This document shows, piece after piece, positions 9,661 through 20,161 of a stretch of 64,000 bases of DNA. The stretch is taken from IMG/VR virus record IMGVR_UViG_2651869695_000003; one strand, 5' to 3'. The stretch's first letter is position 1. Each line of letters opens with the position of its first letter. The DNA is from a virus. Its lineage: Duplodnaviria > Heunggongvirae > Uroviricota > Caudoviricetes. Below the pieces are notes generated by a model, which saw only the letters and a list, made by a program, of their open reading frames with translations, was not told the origin of the DNA and ran no database searches. The translations under genes were made by a program, and so were the position numbers.

Positions 9661-10866
9661 ATGGCGGTAGATATTAAAGATGTCGAACAGGTCGCGCAGG
9701 AGCTGCAGCAGAAGTTTGACGACTTCAAAGCAAAGAACGACAAGCGCGTGGATGCGATTGAGCAGGAAAAAGGCAAGCTTGCCGGACAGGTGGAAACCCT
9801 GAACGGGAAACTCAGCGAGCTGGAAAATCTCAAAAGCGACCTTGAAAAAGAGCTGCTTGAGCTGAAACGTCCGGCAGGTGGATCGCAAAATAAACTGGCC
9901 ACCGAGCATAAAGAGGCGTTTGTGGGCTTCCTGCGTAAAGGCCGTGAAGACGGTCTGCGCGATCTGGAGCGTAAGGCATTGCAGGTGGGCACCGATGAAG
10001 ACGGTGGCTACGCCGTGCCGGAAGAACTGGATCGCAACATTCTTAACCTGCTGAAAGATGAAGTGGTGATGCGTCAGGAAGCCACGGTGATCACCGTTGG
10101 CGGTTCCGACTACAAAAAACTGGTGAATCTGGGCGGTACGGCTTCCGGATGGGTGGGGGAAACGGATACGCGATCCCAGACTGCCACCTCCAGACTGGAG
10201 CTGATTGAACCTCTCATGGGGGAAATCTACGGCAACCCGCAGGCTACCCAGAAAATGCTGGACGATGCCTTCTTCAACGTGGAGGCCTGGATCAACAGCG
10301 AGCTGGCGACCGAATTTGCCGAACAGGAAGAAATTGCCTTTACCACCGGCGATGGTACCAAGAAGCCAAAAGGGTTCCTGGCGTATGAATCTACTGATGA
10401 AACCGATAAGATCCGGGCGTTCGGCAAACTTCAGCATATTGTATCCGGCGAAGCGACCGCGGTGACCGCAGACGCCATTATCAAACTGATTTACACGCTG
10501 CGTAAGGCACACCGCACTGGCGCGAAGTTCATGATGAACAACAACAGCCTGTTTGCCATCCGTCTGCTGAAAGACACCGAGGGTAACTATCTGTGGCGTC
10601 CGGGGCTGGAACTGGGGCAGCCGTCCTCTCTGGCGGGTTACGGTATCGCTGAAAACGAACAGATGCCGGATATCGCCGCTGATGCGAAAGCCATTGCATT
10701 TGGTAACTTCAAACGGGGTTACACCATCGTTGACCGTATCGGCACCCGCATTCTGCGTGACCCGTACACCAATAAACCGTTTGTCGGTTTTTATACCACC
10801 AAGCGCACCGGCGGGATGCTGGTCGATTCGCAGGCCATCAAACTGCTGAAGATTGCAGCGGCGTAA
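9661..10866 (+). CDS. Major capsid protein (HK97 fold) with N-terminal coiled-coil delta domain
   Basis: 401 aa; coiled-coil N-terminus then capsid core; follows protease. Confidence 0.85.
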   Translation: MAVDIKDVEQVAQELQQKFDDFKAKNDKRVDAIEQEKGKLAGQVETLNGKLSELENLKSDLEKELLELKRPAGGSQNKLATEHKEAFVGFLRKGREDGLRDLERKALQVGTDEDGGYAVPEELDRNILNLLKDEVVMRQEATVITVGGSDYKKLVNLGGTASGWVGETDTRSQTATSRLELIEPLMGEIYGNPQATQKMLDDAFFNVEAWINSELATEFAEQEEIAFTTGDGTKKPKGFLAYESTDETDKIRAFGKLQHIVSGEATAVTADAIIKLIYTLRKAHRTGAKFMMNNNSLFAIRLLKDTEGNYLWRPGLELGQPSSLAGYGIAENEQMPDIAADAKAIAFGNFKRGYTIVDRIGTRILRDPYTNKPFVGFYTTKRTGGMLVDSQAIKLLKIAAA

Positions 10867-10873
10867 TCACTCA

Positions 10874-10894
10874 GGGGCGCGGAACCGCGCCCCC
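10874..10894 (+). terminator. GC-rich hairpin after capsid gene
   Basis: GGGGCGCGG-aa-CCGCGCCCC; no strong T-tract, so likely a stabilising or partial terminator. Confidence 0.3.
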
Positions 10895-10915
10895 TGTTCT
10901 GACGGGTGAAGAATC

Positions 10916-11116
10916 ATGATCCTGAAACAAGATCTGAAATGGTCACCGGACGGTATGCGTGTTGAGGTCATTCGGGCCGGTGAGTATGACGACGGGGCGC
11001 TTCCTGCCCGGGTGCAGGAGATTGCACTTCAGGCCGGGTTAGCAGAGCGCGGAATCAGTGCAAAAAGCAGTAAAGCGGCAAAAGAGAAAAAAGCCACGAC
11101 CAGTAAAGAGGGCTGA
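10916..11116 (+). CDS. Hypothetical small protein
   Basis: 66-aa ORF between capsid and head-tail connector genes. Confidence 0.35.
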   Translation: MILKQDLKWSPDGMRVEVIRAGEYDDGALPARVQEIALQAGLAERGISAKSSKAAKEKKATTSKEG

Positions 11117-11118
11117 GT

Positions 11119-11442
11119 ATGCTTCTGACAATGGAAGAGATTAAAGCCCAACTCCGGCTGGATGAGGATTTCGATGCTGATGACCGCCATCTGCAACTGC
11201 TGGCCTGTGCGGCACAAAAGCGGACGGAAACGTATCTGAACCGGAAGCTCTATGCACCGGATGAAACCATTCCGGACAGCGATCCGGACGGGCTGCACCT
11301 GCCGGATGATATTCGTCTGGGGATGCTGATGCTTATCAGCCATTTTTACGAAAACCGCTCGTCGGTTACGGAAGTGGAGAAACTCGACATGCCGCAGAGT
11401 TTTGGCTGGCTTGTCGGCCCGTACAGGTACTTTCCGCAATGA
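11119..11442 (+). CDS. Head-tail connector (gp6-like)
   Basis: 107 aa, position after capsid, overlapping stop-start with next gene. Confidence 0.55.
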   Translation: MLLTMEEIKAQLRLDEDFDADDRHLQLLACAAQKRTETYLNRKLYAPDETIPDSDPDGLHLPDDIRLGMLMLISHFYENRSSVTEVEKLDMPQSFGWLVGPYRYFPQ

Positions 11443-11849
11443 AAATTCGTCAGGCGCAGACCAGCGCAACCTACATTCTGCCGGACCCCGGTGAACTGAA
11501 TAAACGCGTCCTGATCCGCCAGCGGGTGGATATGCCCGCGGATAACTTTGGCGTGGAGCCTCAATACCCGGTTACGTTCCGGACATGGGCGAAGGTTATC
11601 CAGACCAGTGCCACCACCTGGCAGGAAACCGCGCAGACCGGGGACGCCATCACCCATTACATCACCATTCGTTACCGCCGGGGGATCACCGCTGATTATG
11701 AGGTGGTCTGCGGTGACAGTGTGTACCGGGTGAAACGTCAGCGCGATCTGAACGGGGCGCGGCGCTTTCTGCTGCTGGAGTGTACGGAGCTGGGCGAATG
11801 TGGGCAGAGTCACGGAGGCAACAATGACGACTTCCTTTTTGCACGTTGA
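11439..11849 (+). CDS. Head closure / head-tail adaptor protein
   Basis: 136 aa, synteny. Confidence 0.5.
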   Translation: MKIRQAQTSATYILPDPGELNKRVLIRQRVDMPADNFGVEPQYPVTFRTWAKVIQTSATTWQETAQTGDAITHYITIRYRRGITADYEVVCGDSVYRVKRQRDLNGARRFLLLECTELGECGQSHGGNNDDFLFAR

Positions 11850-12330
11850 TTTTCAGCAGCCCGCGGAGATGCGCTTTAACCGCGCCCGTGTCCGGCGGGC
11901 GTTTGTCACGATTGGTCAGCGTCATATGCGTGATGCCCGTCGGCTGGTGATGCGCCGTGCGCGGTCGGCACCGGGTGAAAACCCCGGTTATCAGACCGGA
12001 CGCCTGGCTCGTTCGATTGGTTACATGGTACCCAGAGCCAGTAAACATCGCCCTGGTTTTATGGCACGTATAGCCCCTAACCAGCGTAATGGAGAGGGAA
12101 ACCGCCGTATCACCGGTGATTTTTATCCGGCTTTTTTGTTCTATGGCGTGAGGCGAGGGGCAAAGCGTCGTCGCAGCCATCATCGTGGTGCATCCGGTGG
12201 CAGCGGCTGGCGACTGGCTCCACGTAATAACTTCATGGTGGAAACGCTTGAAAAGAACCGCAGCTGGACACGCTATTTTCTGGCGCGGGAATTGCGTAAA
12301 TCACTGAAGCCGGAGCGACGACACAGATGA
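11824..12330 (+). CDS. HK97 gp10-like tail-component protein
   Basis: Synteny; ATG with GGAGG upstream. Confidence 0.5.
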   Translation: MTTSFLHVDFQQPAEMRFNRARVRRAFVTIGQRHMRDARRLVMRRARSAPGENPGYQTGRLARSIGYMVPRASKHRPGFMARIAPNQRNGEGNRRITGDFYPAFLFYGVRRGAKRRRSHHRGASGGSGWRLAPRNNFMVETLEKNRSWTRYFLARELRKSLKPERRHR

Positions 12331-12887
12331 AACTGACGCCTGTTATTGCTGCACTGCGTGCCCGCTGTCCATATTTTGAAAACCGGGTTGCAGGCGCGGC
12401 CCAGTTCAAAAATCTGCCGGAGGTCGGAAAGCTGAAACTCCCGGCGGCATATGTTGTACCGGGTGATGATTCTCCGGGAGAAAACAAAAGCCAGACCGAC
12501 TACTGGCAGGAGCTGAAAGAGGGCTTCTCCGTGGTTGTCATACTGAGTAACGGGCGTGATGAGCGCGGTCAGTTTGCTTCGTATGATGTGGTGGACGATG
12601 TCCGGCAGATGCTCTTTAAGGCCCTGCTGGGCTGGAACCCGGAAGCGTGCGGTAACCCGATTAACTATGACGGCGGCACGCTGCTGGATCTGAATCGTCA
12701 TGAGCTGATTTATCAGTTCGATTTTTCGATCATCAGCGAGCTGACCGAAGACGATACCCGCCAGCAGGATGACCTGAACAGTCTGGATGAACTGCGAACG
12801 CTGGCGATTGATGTTGATTATCTCGATCCCGGTAACGGGCCTGACGGCGATATCGAACATCACACCGAAATAACCCTTCCTTCCTGA
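12327..12887 (+). CDS. Tail protein (Mu gp37-like, possible tail terminator)
   Basis: 186 aa directly upstream of sheath gene. Confidence 0.4.
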   Translation: MKLTPVIAALRARCPYFENRVAGAAQFKNLPEVGKLKLPAAYVVPGDDSPGENKSQTDYWQELKEGFSVVVILSNGRDERGQFASYDVVDDVRQMLFKALLGWNPEACGNPINYDGGTLLDLNRHELIYQFDFSIISELTEDDTRQQDDLNSLDELRTLAIDVDYLDPGNGPDGDIEHHTEITLPS

Positions 12888-13049
12888 GAATCTTCATGTT
12901 TGTGAAACCTGTTAAAGGGCGGTCAGTGCCTGACCCTGCCCGCGGTGACCTTTTGCCCGCCGAAGGGCGAAATGTTGACGAGAACAACTACTGGCTGCGC
13001 CGTGAAGCAGCGGGTGATATCCGGCGCGTGAATAAAAAGGTGAACACCG

Positions 13050-14546
13050 ATGACGATAAGCTTTAACACCATTCCGTCGAATACGCTGGTTCCGCTGTTT
13101 TATGCGGAAATGGATAACCAGGCGGCGAATACTGCACAGGACAACGGAGCATCGCTGCTGATTGGTCATGCCAATAACGGTGCAGAGATTGTTGCCAACA
13201 GTCTGGTGCTGATGCCGTCGGCAGACTATGCACGCCAGATTTGTGGTGCGGGAAGTCAGCTGGCGCGTATGGTCGAGGCTTATCGCCAGACCGACCCGTT
13301 TGGTGAGCTGTATGTGATTGCCGTTCCGGAAGCCACAGGCGCGGCGGCAACGGTTACGCTGACGGTGACCGGGGAAGCAACCGAAAGCGGCACGGTGAAT
13401 GTCTATGTGGGACGTACCCGCGTGCAGGCTCCGGTGACCAACGGCGATAACGTCACGACGATTGCCAGCAGTATCAAAGATGCCATCAATGCCGTTCCGA
13501 CTCTGCCGTTTACAGCTTCATCTTCGGCTGGCGTGGTCACACTGACCGCGCGTCATAAGGGGCTTTGCGGGAATGAAATTCCTGTCAGCCTCAATTACTA
13601 CGGCTTCGGTGGGGGCGAAGTGCTGCCAGCGGGCGTACAGATTGCCGTGGCGACGGGGAACGCCGGAACGGGCGCTCCTGTTCTCACCGGCGCGGTGGCT
13701 GCAATGGCGGATGAGCCGTTTGATTATATCGGCCTGCCGTTCAACGACACGGCCTCCGTTAACACGCTGGTGACCGAGATGAACGATACCAGCGGTCGCT
13801 GGAGCTATGCGCGTCAGCTGTATGGTCATGTGTATACGGCAAAGATCGGCACGCTGTCAGAACTGGTGACCGCAGGTGACCAGTTTAACCAGCAGCACAT
13901 TACCCTAGCGGGGTACGAAAAAGACACCCAGACGCCTGCCGACGAGCTGGCGGCAAGCCGTACCGCCCGCGCAGCGGTGTTTATCCGCAACGATCCGGCA
14001 CGTCCCACGCAGACCGGTGAGCTGGTGGGTATGCTGCCTGCGCCGAAGGGGAAACGGTTCACGATGACCGAGCAGCAGACCCTGCTGTCTCATGGCGTGG
14101 CAACGGCGTATGTCGAAAGCGGGGTGCTGCGCATTCAGCGTGATGTCACCACGTACAGGAAAAATGCTTACGGGGTTGCGGATAACAGCTACCTCGACAG
14201 CGAGACGCTGCATACCAGTGCGTATGTACTGCGCAAACTGAAATCCGTCATTACCAGTAAGTACGGGCGTCACAAGCTTGCCAGCGACGGTACCCGCTTT
14301 GGTCCCGGTCAGGCGATTGTCACCCCGGCGGTAATCAAAGGGGAACTGCTGGCAACCTACCGTCAGCTTGAGCGTGCGGGGATCGTGGAAAACTACGAAC
14401 TGTTTAAGCAGTACCTGGTTGTGGAGCGTGATGCCAGCGATCCGAACCGCCTGAACACGCTGTTCCCGCCTGACTATGTTAACCAGTTGCGTGTTTTTGC
14501 CGTGGTTAACCAGTTCCGTCTTCAGTATTCAGAGGAGTCTGCATAA
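13050..14546 (+). CDS. Contractile tail sheath protein
   Basis: 498 aa, followed by tube, chaperone with frameshift, and tape measure. Confidence 0.75.
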   Translation: MTISFNTIPSNTLVPLFYAEMDNQAANTAQDNGASLLIGHANNGAEIVANSLVLMPSADYARQICGAGSQLARMVEAYRQTDPFGELYVIAVPEATGAAATVTLTVTGEATESGTVNVYVGRTRVQAPVTNGDNVTTIASSIKDAINAVPTLPFTASSSAGVVTLTARHKGLCGNEIPVSLNYYGFGGGEVLPAGVQIAVATGNAGTGAPVLTGAVAAMADEPFDYIGLPFNDTASVNTLVTEMNDTSGRWSYARQLYGHVYTAKIGTLSELVTAGDQFNQQHITLAGYEKDTQTPADELAASRTARAAVFIRNDPARPTQTGELVGMLPAPKGKRFTMTEQQTLLSHGVATAYVESGVLRIQRDVTTYRKNAYGVADNSYLDSETLHTSAYVLRKLKSVITSKYGRHKLASDGTRFGPGQAIVTPAVIKGELLATYRQLERAGIVENYELFKQYLVVERDASDPNRLNTLFPPDYVNQLRVFAVVNQFRLQYSEESA

Positions 14547-14902
14547 TGGCCCGTATCGGGGGAACCTGTTATTTCAAAATTGACGGTCAGCAGCTATCGC
14601 TGACCGGCGGCATTGAGGTGCCCATGAACAGGACGGTCAATGATGACATCATCGGCCTGGACGGTTCAGTGGACCGCAAGGAAACTCACCGTGCGCCTTA
14701 TGTCAAAGGGACCTTCAAGGTGCCGAAGAATTTTCCGGTGAGCAAAATCACCTCGTCTGATGAGATGACCATCACTGCCGAGCTGGCGAACGGTCAGGTC
14801 TATGTATTGTCGTCCGCCTGGCTGCACGGAGAAGCGAACCATAATGCCGAAGAAGGCACGGTTGATCTTGAGTTCCACGGTGAAGAAGGGGATTACCAGT
14901 AA
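14546..14902 (+). CDS. Tail tube protein
   Basis: 118 aa directly after sheath. Confidence 0.65.
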   Translation: MARIGGTCYFKIDGQQLSLTGGIEVPMNRTVNDDIIGLDGSVDRKETHRAPYVKGTFKVPKNFPVSKITSSDEMTITAELANGQVYVLSSAWLHGEANHNAEEGTVDLEFHGEEGDYQ

Positions 14903-15171
14903 TGAAAGAGCTTGAGTTAAAGAAACCGATTATCGCTCATGGTGAGACACTCTCCGTACTGGAGTTTGATGAACCCACCGGGAAGGATGTCCGCGAGCTG
15001 GGGTATCCCTACCAGATGAATCAGGATGAGTCCGTCAGACTTCTGGCGCATGTGGTGTCGAAATACATTGTGCGGCTGGCGAAAGTGCCGCAAAGCTCTG
15101 TCGACCAGATGTCTCCGGCAGACCTGAATGCAGCGGCGTGGCTTGTGGCTGGTTTTTTCCTCCAGGCCTGA
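14902..15171 (+). CDS. Tail assembly chaperone (extended to 15320 by -1 frameshift)
   Basis: 89-aa ORF overlapped by a -1 frame ORF (15138..15320) that runs into the tape measure start. Confidence 0.6.
   Translation: MKELELKKPIIAHGETLSVLEFDEPTGKDVRELGYPYQMNQDESVRLLAHVVSKYIVRLAKVPQSSVDQMSPADLNAAAWLVAGFFLQA
15153..15159 (+). other. Slippery heptamer T_TTT_TTC for -1 programmed frameshift
   Basis: Zero-frame codons GGT TTT TTC near end of chaperone ORF; -1 frame stays open to 15320. Confidence 0.5.
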
Positions 15172-15312
15172 CGGCTGAATACCTCACTGATCGCTTCTTT
15201 GACTGCGCCAGTTACTGGCGCATTAATCCCTTCGAATTGCTGAATATGCCGATCAGTGAAATTCCCTTGCTGGTCAGTCAGGCAAACAGGATAGAGCAGG
15301 AGAAACGCACAC

Positions 15313-17148
15313 ATGGCTGAATTTGAGCTTAAGGCGTTGATCACCGGTGTCGACAGGCTTTCTCCCGCGCTGTCGAAAATGCAAAAGAAAATCCGGGGAT
15401 TTAAACGCCAGGCGGAAGAAGCGTCACAGGGTGGGCTGGCGCTTGGTGGCGGACTGGCAGCGGGTCTGACGCTTTCCCTGAAATCTTATGCCGATCAGGA
15501 AAACGCCGCCACCGGGCTGAAAGTCGCCATGATGGATGCGAACGGCGAGGTTGGAAAGAGCTTTCAGGACATCAATAAACTGGCTATTGGCCTGGGTAAC
15601 CAGCTACCCGGTACAACGGCTGATTTCCAGAACATGATGCAGATGCTGGTGCGTCAGGGGATCCCGGCAGAAAACATTCTTGGTGGTGTGGGTAAAGCGA
15701 CAGCTTATCTTGCGGTACAACTGAAAAAAACACCGGAAGCGGCTGCTGAGTTTGCTGCAAAGATGCAGGATGCTACCGGAACGGCGTCAGAAGACATGAT
15801 GGGGCTGTTCGACACTATCCAGAAGGCGTTTTATCTGGGCGTTGATGATACCAACATGTTGTCCTTCTTCACTAAAACCAGTTCTGTTCTGAAAATGGTG
15901 AATAAGGACGGTCTTCAGGCTGCACAGAGTCTTGCCCCCATCAGTGTCATGATGGATCAGATGGGGATGAACGGGGAGTCGGCAGGTAATGCCCTGCGAA
16001 AAGTTATCCAGTCCGGATTAAGCGTTAAGAAAATCAGGGACGTCAATAAAATCATGGCCCGCCAGAAACTCGGGGTACAGCTCGATTTTACTGATGGCAA
16101 AGGGAGTTTTGGCGGTCTTGATAACATGTTCAGGCAACTGGCAAAGCTGCGAAAACTGACCGACGTTAAGCGAACCGGTGTACTTAAGGCAATATTTGGT
16201 GATGATGCCGAAACCCTTCAGGTGGTCAATGCGCTGATCGATAAAGGAAAGGATGGCTACGATCAGATCCAGCAGAAGATGAATAAACAGGCCAGCCTGA
16301 ATAAACGTGTTCAGGCTCAGCTTGGTACGCTGTCCAACCTGTGGGAGGCAATGACGGGGACCGCAACTAACGGCCTTGCGGCTATTGGCGGCGCATTTTC
16401 TGGTGACGCTAAAAATATCACGCAATGGCTGGGGGAGTTAGGGGAAAAATTCACGAAGTTTGCGGATGAAAATCCCCGGGTTATTCGCGGCGTCGTCGGG
16501 CTTGCTGCCGGTCTTGCGATTCTGAAACTGGGATTGATGGGCGTTGGCGGTGCCATCAGTATTGTCAGCAGGATCATGTCGATGACGCCGATTGGCATGA
16601 TTGCGACGGCGATAGCCCTGGCTGCGGGATTAATTATCACTAACTGGGATGTTGTCGGACCTTATTTTAAGAAACTCTGGGAAACCATTGGTCCTTATTT
16701 TGAGACTGGCTGGGAACTTCTTAAGAAGGTTTTTGCCTGGTCGCCGCTGGGGATGGTGATCAATAACTGGGGACCGGTTGTTAAGTGGTTTCAGGATATG
16801 TGGGACAAGCTGAAGCCAATTATTGAGTGGTTTACCGACAGTTCCGGTGACACGGTCGATGCCATTAACTCTGCGCAGTGGGGCGCGGGTGCTTATGATG
16901 CTTATGGGACGGGAATACCGGCGCGGGGATACACACCTTATCCGGCGGTAGATCCGGCTCAGTCAAACAACGCCTCCGATGCCACAGGCCTGAATCCCTT
17001 CATGATTAACAAAGCTTCTGCGCCAAAAGTTGATGGTGAGATCAAGGTCTCTTTTGTGAATTCGCCTCCGGGTATGCGGGTTATGGAAACGCGATCCAGC
17101 GGTTTTGATGTCAGCCATGATGTTGGCTATACGCGCTTTGGCAGGTAA
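15313..17148 (+). CDS. Tail tape measure protein
   Basis: 611 aa with Gly/Ala-rich and hydrophobic segments. Confidence 0.8.
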   Translation: MAEFELKALITGVDRLSPALSKMQKKIRGFKRQAEEASQGGLALGGGLAAGLTLSLKSYADQENAATGLKVAMMDANGEVGKSFQDINKLAIGLGNQLPGTTADFQNMMQMLVRQGIPAENILGGVGKATAYLAVQLKKTPEAAAEFAAKMQDATGTASEDMMGLFDTIQKAFYLGVDDTNMLSFFTKTSSVLKMVNKDGLQAAQSLAPISVMMDQMGMNGESAGNALRKVIQSGLSVKKIRDVNKIMARQKLGVQLDFTDGKGSFGGLDNMFRQLAKLRKLTDVKRTGVLKAIFGDDAETLQVVNALIDKGKDGYDQIQQKMNKQASLNKRVQAQLGTLSNLWEAMTGTATNGLAAIGGAFSGDAKNITQWLGELGEKFTKFADENPRVIRGVVGLAAGLAILKLGLMGVGGAISIVSRIMSMTPIGMIATAIALAAGLIITNWDVVGPYFKKLWETIGPYFETGWELLKKVFAWSPLGMVINNWGPVVKWFQDMWDKLKPIIEWFTDSSGDTVDAINSAQWGAGAYDAYGTGIPARGYTPYPAVDPAQSNNASDATGLNPFMINKASAPKVDGEIKVSFVNSPPGMRVMETRSSGFDVSHDVGYTRFGR

Positions 17149-17208
17149 TGAAAAATTAATCTGTTAATGAGTCCCACTCCGGTGGGATTTTTTATGTACG
17201 GAGTTTAT

Positions 17209-18537
17209 ATGACGTGGAAAGACAGACTTCAGGACGCGTCATTTCGCGGTGTGCCGTTTAAGGTTGAAGAAGAAAGTGCGGGAACCGGTCGTCGTGTGGA
17301 AACGCACGAATACCCGAACCGCGACAAACCCTATACCGAAGACCTGGGGAAAATCACTTTCCGCCCGTCCATCACGGCTTATGTGGTGGGAGATGACTGC
17401 TTTGACCAGCGCGATCGCCTGATTGACGCGCTGAATAAACCCGGTCCCGGCACGCTTGTCCATCCGACTTACGGTGAGCTGAAAGTCTGTGTTGACGGAG
17501 AGGTTCGGGTCAGCACATCGAAGAGTGAAGGGCGTATTGTCCGCTTTGACCTGAAGTTTGTCGAAGCGGGAGAACTCTCTTACCCCACATCAGGTGCGGC
17601 GACGGCGCAGACGCTGATGTCATCCTGTTCTGCACTGGATGACTGCATCAGTGACAGTTTCAGTAGTTTCAGTATCGATGGCGTGGCAGATTTTGTGCAG
17701 AACGACGTCGTCGGTAATGCCAGCACAATGCTTGGGTATGTTTCTGATGCGATGAAAGTGGTGGATTCTGCCGTATCGGATGCCGCCAGGCTGTTGCAGG
17801 GGGATATCTCGGTACTTCTGCCGCCGCCATCGTCAGGCAAAAATTTCGTTGAGCAGGTGCAGAAAATGTGGCGTACCGGGAAACGCCTTTATGGTAACGC
17901 CAGCGACCTGGTCACCATGATCAAAACGCTTTCCGGTGTCAGCCTCGGCAGCGATCTGCAACCGCGCGGCGTCTGGAAAACGGACAGTAAAACCACCGCC
18001 ACGGCTACGCAGCAGCGTAACGTGGTTGCCAGCACCCTTCGTACGACCGCAATCAGCGAAGCGGCGTATGCCGTCACCCGATTGCCTGCGCCAACAACTT
18101 CCGCGGTGATGCAGAATGCCGCAGTGGGGCAGGCAACAACACCTGCGCAGAGCACTGGCTGGCCTTCCGTCACGCATCCGGCACTGAACAATGCACCGGC
18201 GGTGAAAAACACAGTTGACCTGCCGACGTGGGAAGAACTGACTGACATTCGCGACACACTGAATACGGCAATTGATAAGGAGTTGTCCCGTACAACCAGT
18301 GATGCGCTGTTTCTGGCGCTGCGCCGGGTGAAAGCAGATCTGAATGCGGATATCAACACGCGCCTTGAACAGTCTGCACGGATCATTCAGCGCACGCCGG
18401 ATGAGGTTTTACCCGCGCTGGTGCTGGCGGCGACCTGGTTTGATAACGCGGCGCGTGACGCGGACATTATCCGGCGTAATGCCATTACGCATCCCGGCTT
18501 TGTGCCGGTGATCCCTCTGAAGGTGCCAGTGCAATGA
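17209..18537 (+). CDS. DNA circularisation-like tail protein (Mu N-like)
   Basis: Follows tape measure in Mu-like order; start set to internal Met with GGAG upstream. Confidence 0.55.
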   Translation: MTWKDRLQDASFRGVPFKVEEESAGTGRRVETHEYPNRDKPYTEDLGKITFRPSITAYVVGDDCFDQRDRLIDALNKPGPGTLVHPTYGELKVCVDGEVRVSTSKSEGRIVRFDLKFVEAGELSYPTSGAATAQTLMSSCSALDDCISDSFSSFSIDGVADFVQNDVVGNASTMLGYVSDAMKVVDSAVSDAARLLQGDISVLLPPPSSGKNFVEQVQKMWRTGKRLYGNASDLVTMIKTLSGVSLGSDLQPRGVWKTDSKTTATATQQRNVVASTLRTTAISEAAYAVTRLPAPTTSAVMQNAAVGQATTPAQSTGWPSVTHPALNNAPAVKNTVDLPTWEELTDIRDTLNTAIDKELSRTTSDALFLALRRVKADLNADINTRLEQSARIIQRTPDEVLPALVLAATWFDNAARDADIIRRNAITHPGFVPVIPLKVPVQ

Positions 18538-19613
18538 ACGATAACGTCACGCTACGGGTAAATGGCCGGGAGTGGAATGGCTGGACATCGGTGCGCATCG
18601 GTGCCGGTATTGAACGGCTGGCGCGGGATTTCAGTGTGGAGATCACTCGCCAGTGGCCGGGAGATGAGGGTATCACCACGCTTCAGCCGCGCATTAAAAA
18701 CGGTTCAAAAGTGGAAGTGCTGATTGGTGATGAGCTGGTGATCACCGGCTGGGTGGAGGCGACGCCCGTTCGGTACGATGCCCGTTCGGTCAGCACCGGT
18801 ATTGCCGGACGTAGTCTGACGGCTGACCTGATTGACTGTGCAGCCGAACCGACACAGTTTAACGGACGCTCGCTGGTGCAGATTGCGCAGGCGCTTGCTG
18901 CGCCTTTCGGCATTGAGGTGGTGAACAGCGGTGCGCCGTCGGGTGTTATTCCTGATGTTCAGCCTGATCACGGTGAAACGGTGATTGAGGTAATCAACAA
19001 AATACTCGGTCAGCAGCAGGCGCTGGCTTACGACGACCCGCACGGCAGGCTGGTGATTGGCGGTATTGGCTCAACGCGGGCACATACCGCGCTGGTACTT
19101 GGGGAAAACATCCTTTCCTGTGATACGGAGAAGAGTATCCGGGACCGGTTTTCTGTTTACCAGGTGGCGGGGCAGCGTGCCGGAAACGACGATGATTTCG
19201 GTGAGGCCACCACCACCGCGCTGCGGGCCCGCACAGAGGACGCATTTATTGCCCGTTACCGTCCGATGTATATCAGGCAGACAGGGCAGGCTACGGGGGC
19301 AGGCTGTATTGCGCGTGCTGACTTTGAAGCCCGGCAACGGGCGGCGCGGACGGATGAAACCACCTATGTGGTGCAGGGCTGGCGACAGGGTAACGGTACG
19401 CTGTGGCAACCCAACCAGCGGGTGATTGTCTTTGATCCGGTCTGTGGTTTTGACAATACCGAACTGCTTGTTTCGGAAGTCACGTTTACTCAGGACCAGA
19501 ACGGCACCCTGACGGAAATCCGTGTCGGCCCGCCTGATGCTTATCTGCCTGAACCTGAAGCCCCCGGCGCGCGGAAAAAGAAAAAAGCCAGAGTACAGGA
19601 GGACCCGTTCTGA
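18534..19613 (+). CDS. Baseplate hub protein (Mu P-like)
   Basis: 359 aa, Mu-like synteny. Confidence 0.55.
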   Translation: MNDNVTLRVNGREWNGWTSVRIGAGIERLARDFSVEITRQWPGDEGITTLQPRIKNGSKVEVLIGDELVITGWVEATPVRYDARSVSTGIAGRSLTADLIDCAAEPTQFNGRSLVQIAQALAAPFGIEVVNSGAPSGVIPDVQPDHGETVIEVINKILGQQQALAYDDPHGRLVIGGIGSTRAHTALVLGENILSCDTEKSIRDRFSVYQVAGQRAGNDDDFGEATTTALRARTEDAFIARYRPMYIRQTGQATGAGCIARADFEARQRAARTDETTYVVQGWRQGNGTLWQPNQRVIVFDPVCGFDNTELLVSEVTFTQDQNGTLTEIRVGPPDAYLPEPEAPGARKKKKARVQEDPF

Positions 19614-20161
19614 TGAGGACGATTGAAGCCATGCAGCGACAACTTCTCGGCCTGATTGGGCGGGCAGTGGTGAAAAGCATCAGTGCCGCCACGAAATGTC
19701 AGACCGTGGATGTGTCCCTGATTGCCGGTGAACCCAAAGCCGGGGTTGAACATCTTGAACCCTACGGTTTTACCGCAAGGGCAAACAGCGGTGCGGAAGC
19801 GGTGGTGTTGTTTCCGGATGGCGACCGTTCTCATGCGGTGGTTGTTACGGTGTCGGACCGGCGCTACCGCCTGAAAGGGCTGCAGACGGGTGAGGTGGCT
19901 GTCTATGACGATCAGGGGCAGTCTGTGACGCTGACCCGGGAGGGGATCGTGGTGGACGGTGCAGGTAAAACGATCACGTTTCGCAATGCGCCCAGAGCAC
20001 GTTTTGAAATGGACCTGGAAGTGACCGGACAGGTGAAAGACCTGTGCGACTCCGGCGGCACCACCATGTCAGCGATGCGGCTTGCCTATAACGGCCATTG
20101 TCACAGAGAGAACGGTCAGGGCAGTAACACCGACAAACCGGATAAAGCGATGGAGGCATGA
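19613..20161 (+). CDS. Baseplate spike / assembly protein V-like
   Basis: 182 aa, synteny. Confidence 0.55.
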   Translation: MRTIEAMQRQLLGLIGRAVVKSISAATKCQTVDVSLIAGEPKAGVEHLEPYGFTARANSGAEAVVLFPDGDRSHAVVVTVSDRRYRLKGLQTGEVAVYDDQGQSVTLTREGIVVDGAGKTITFRNAPRARFEMDLEVTGQVKDLCDSGGTTMSAMRLAYNGHCHRENGQGSNTDKPDKAMEA

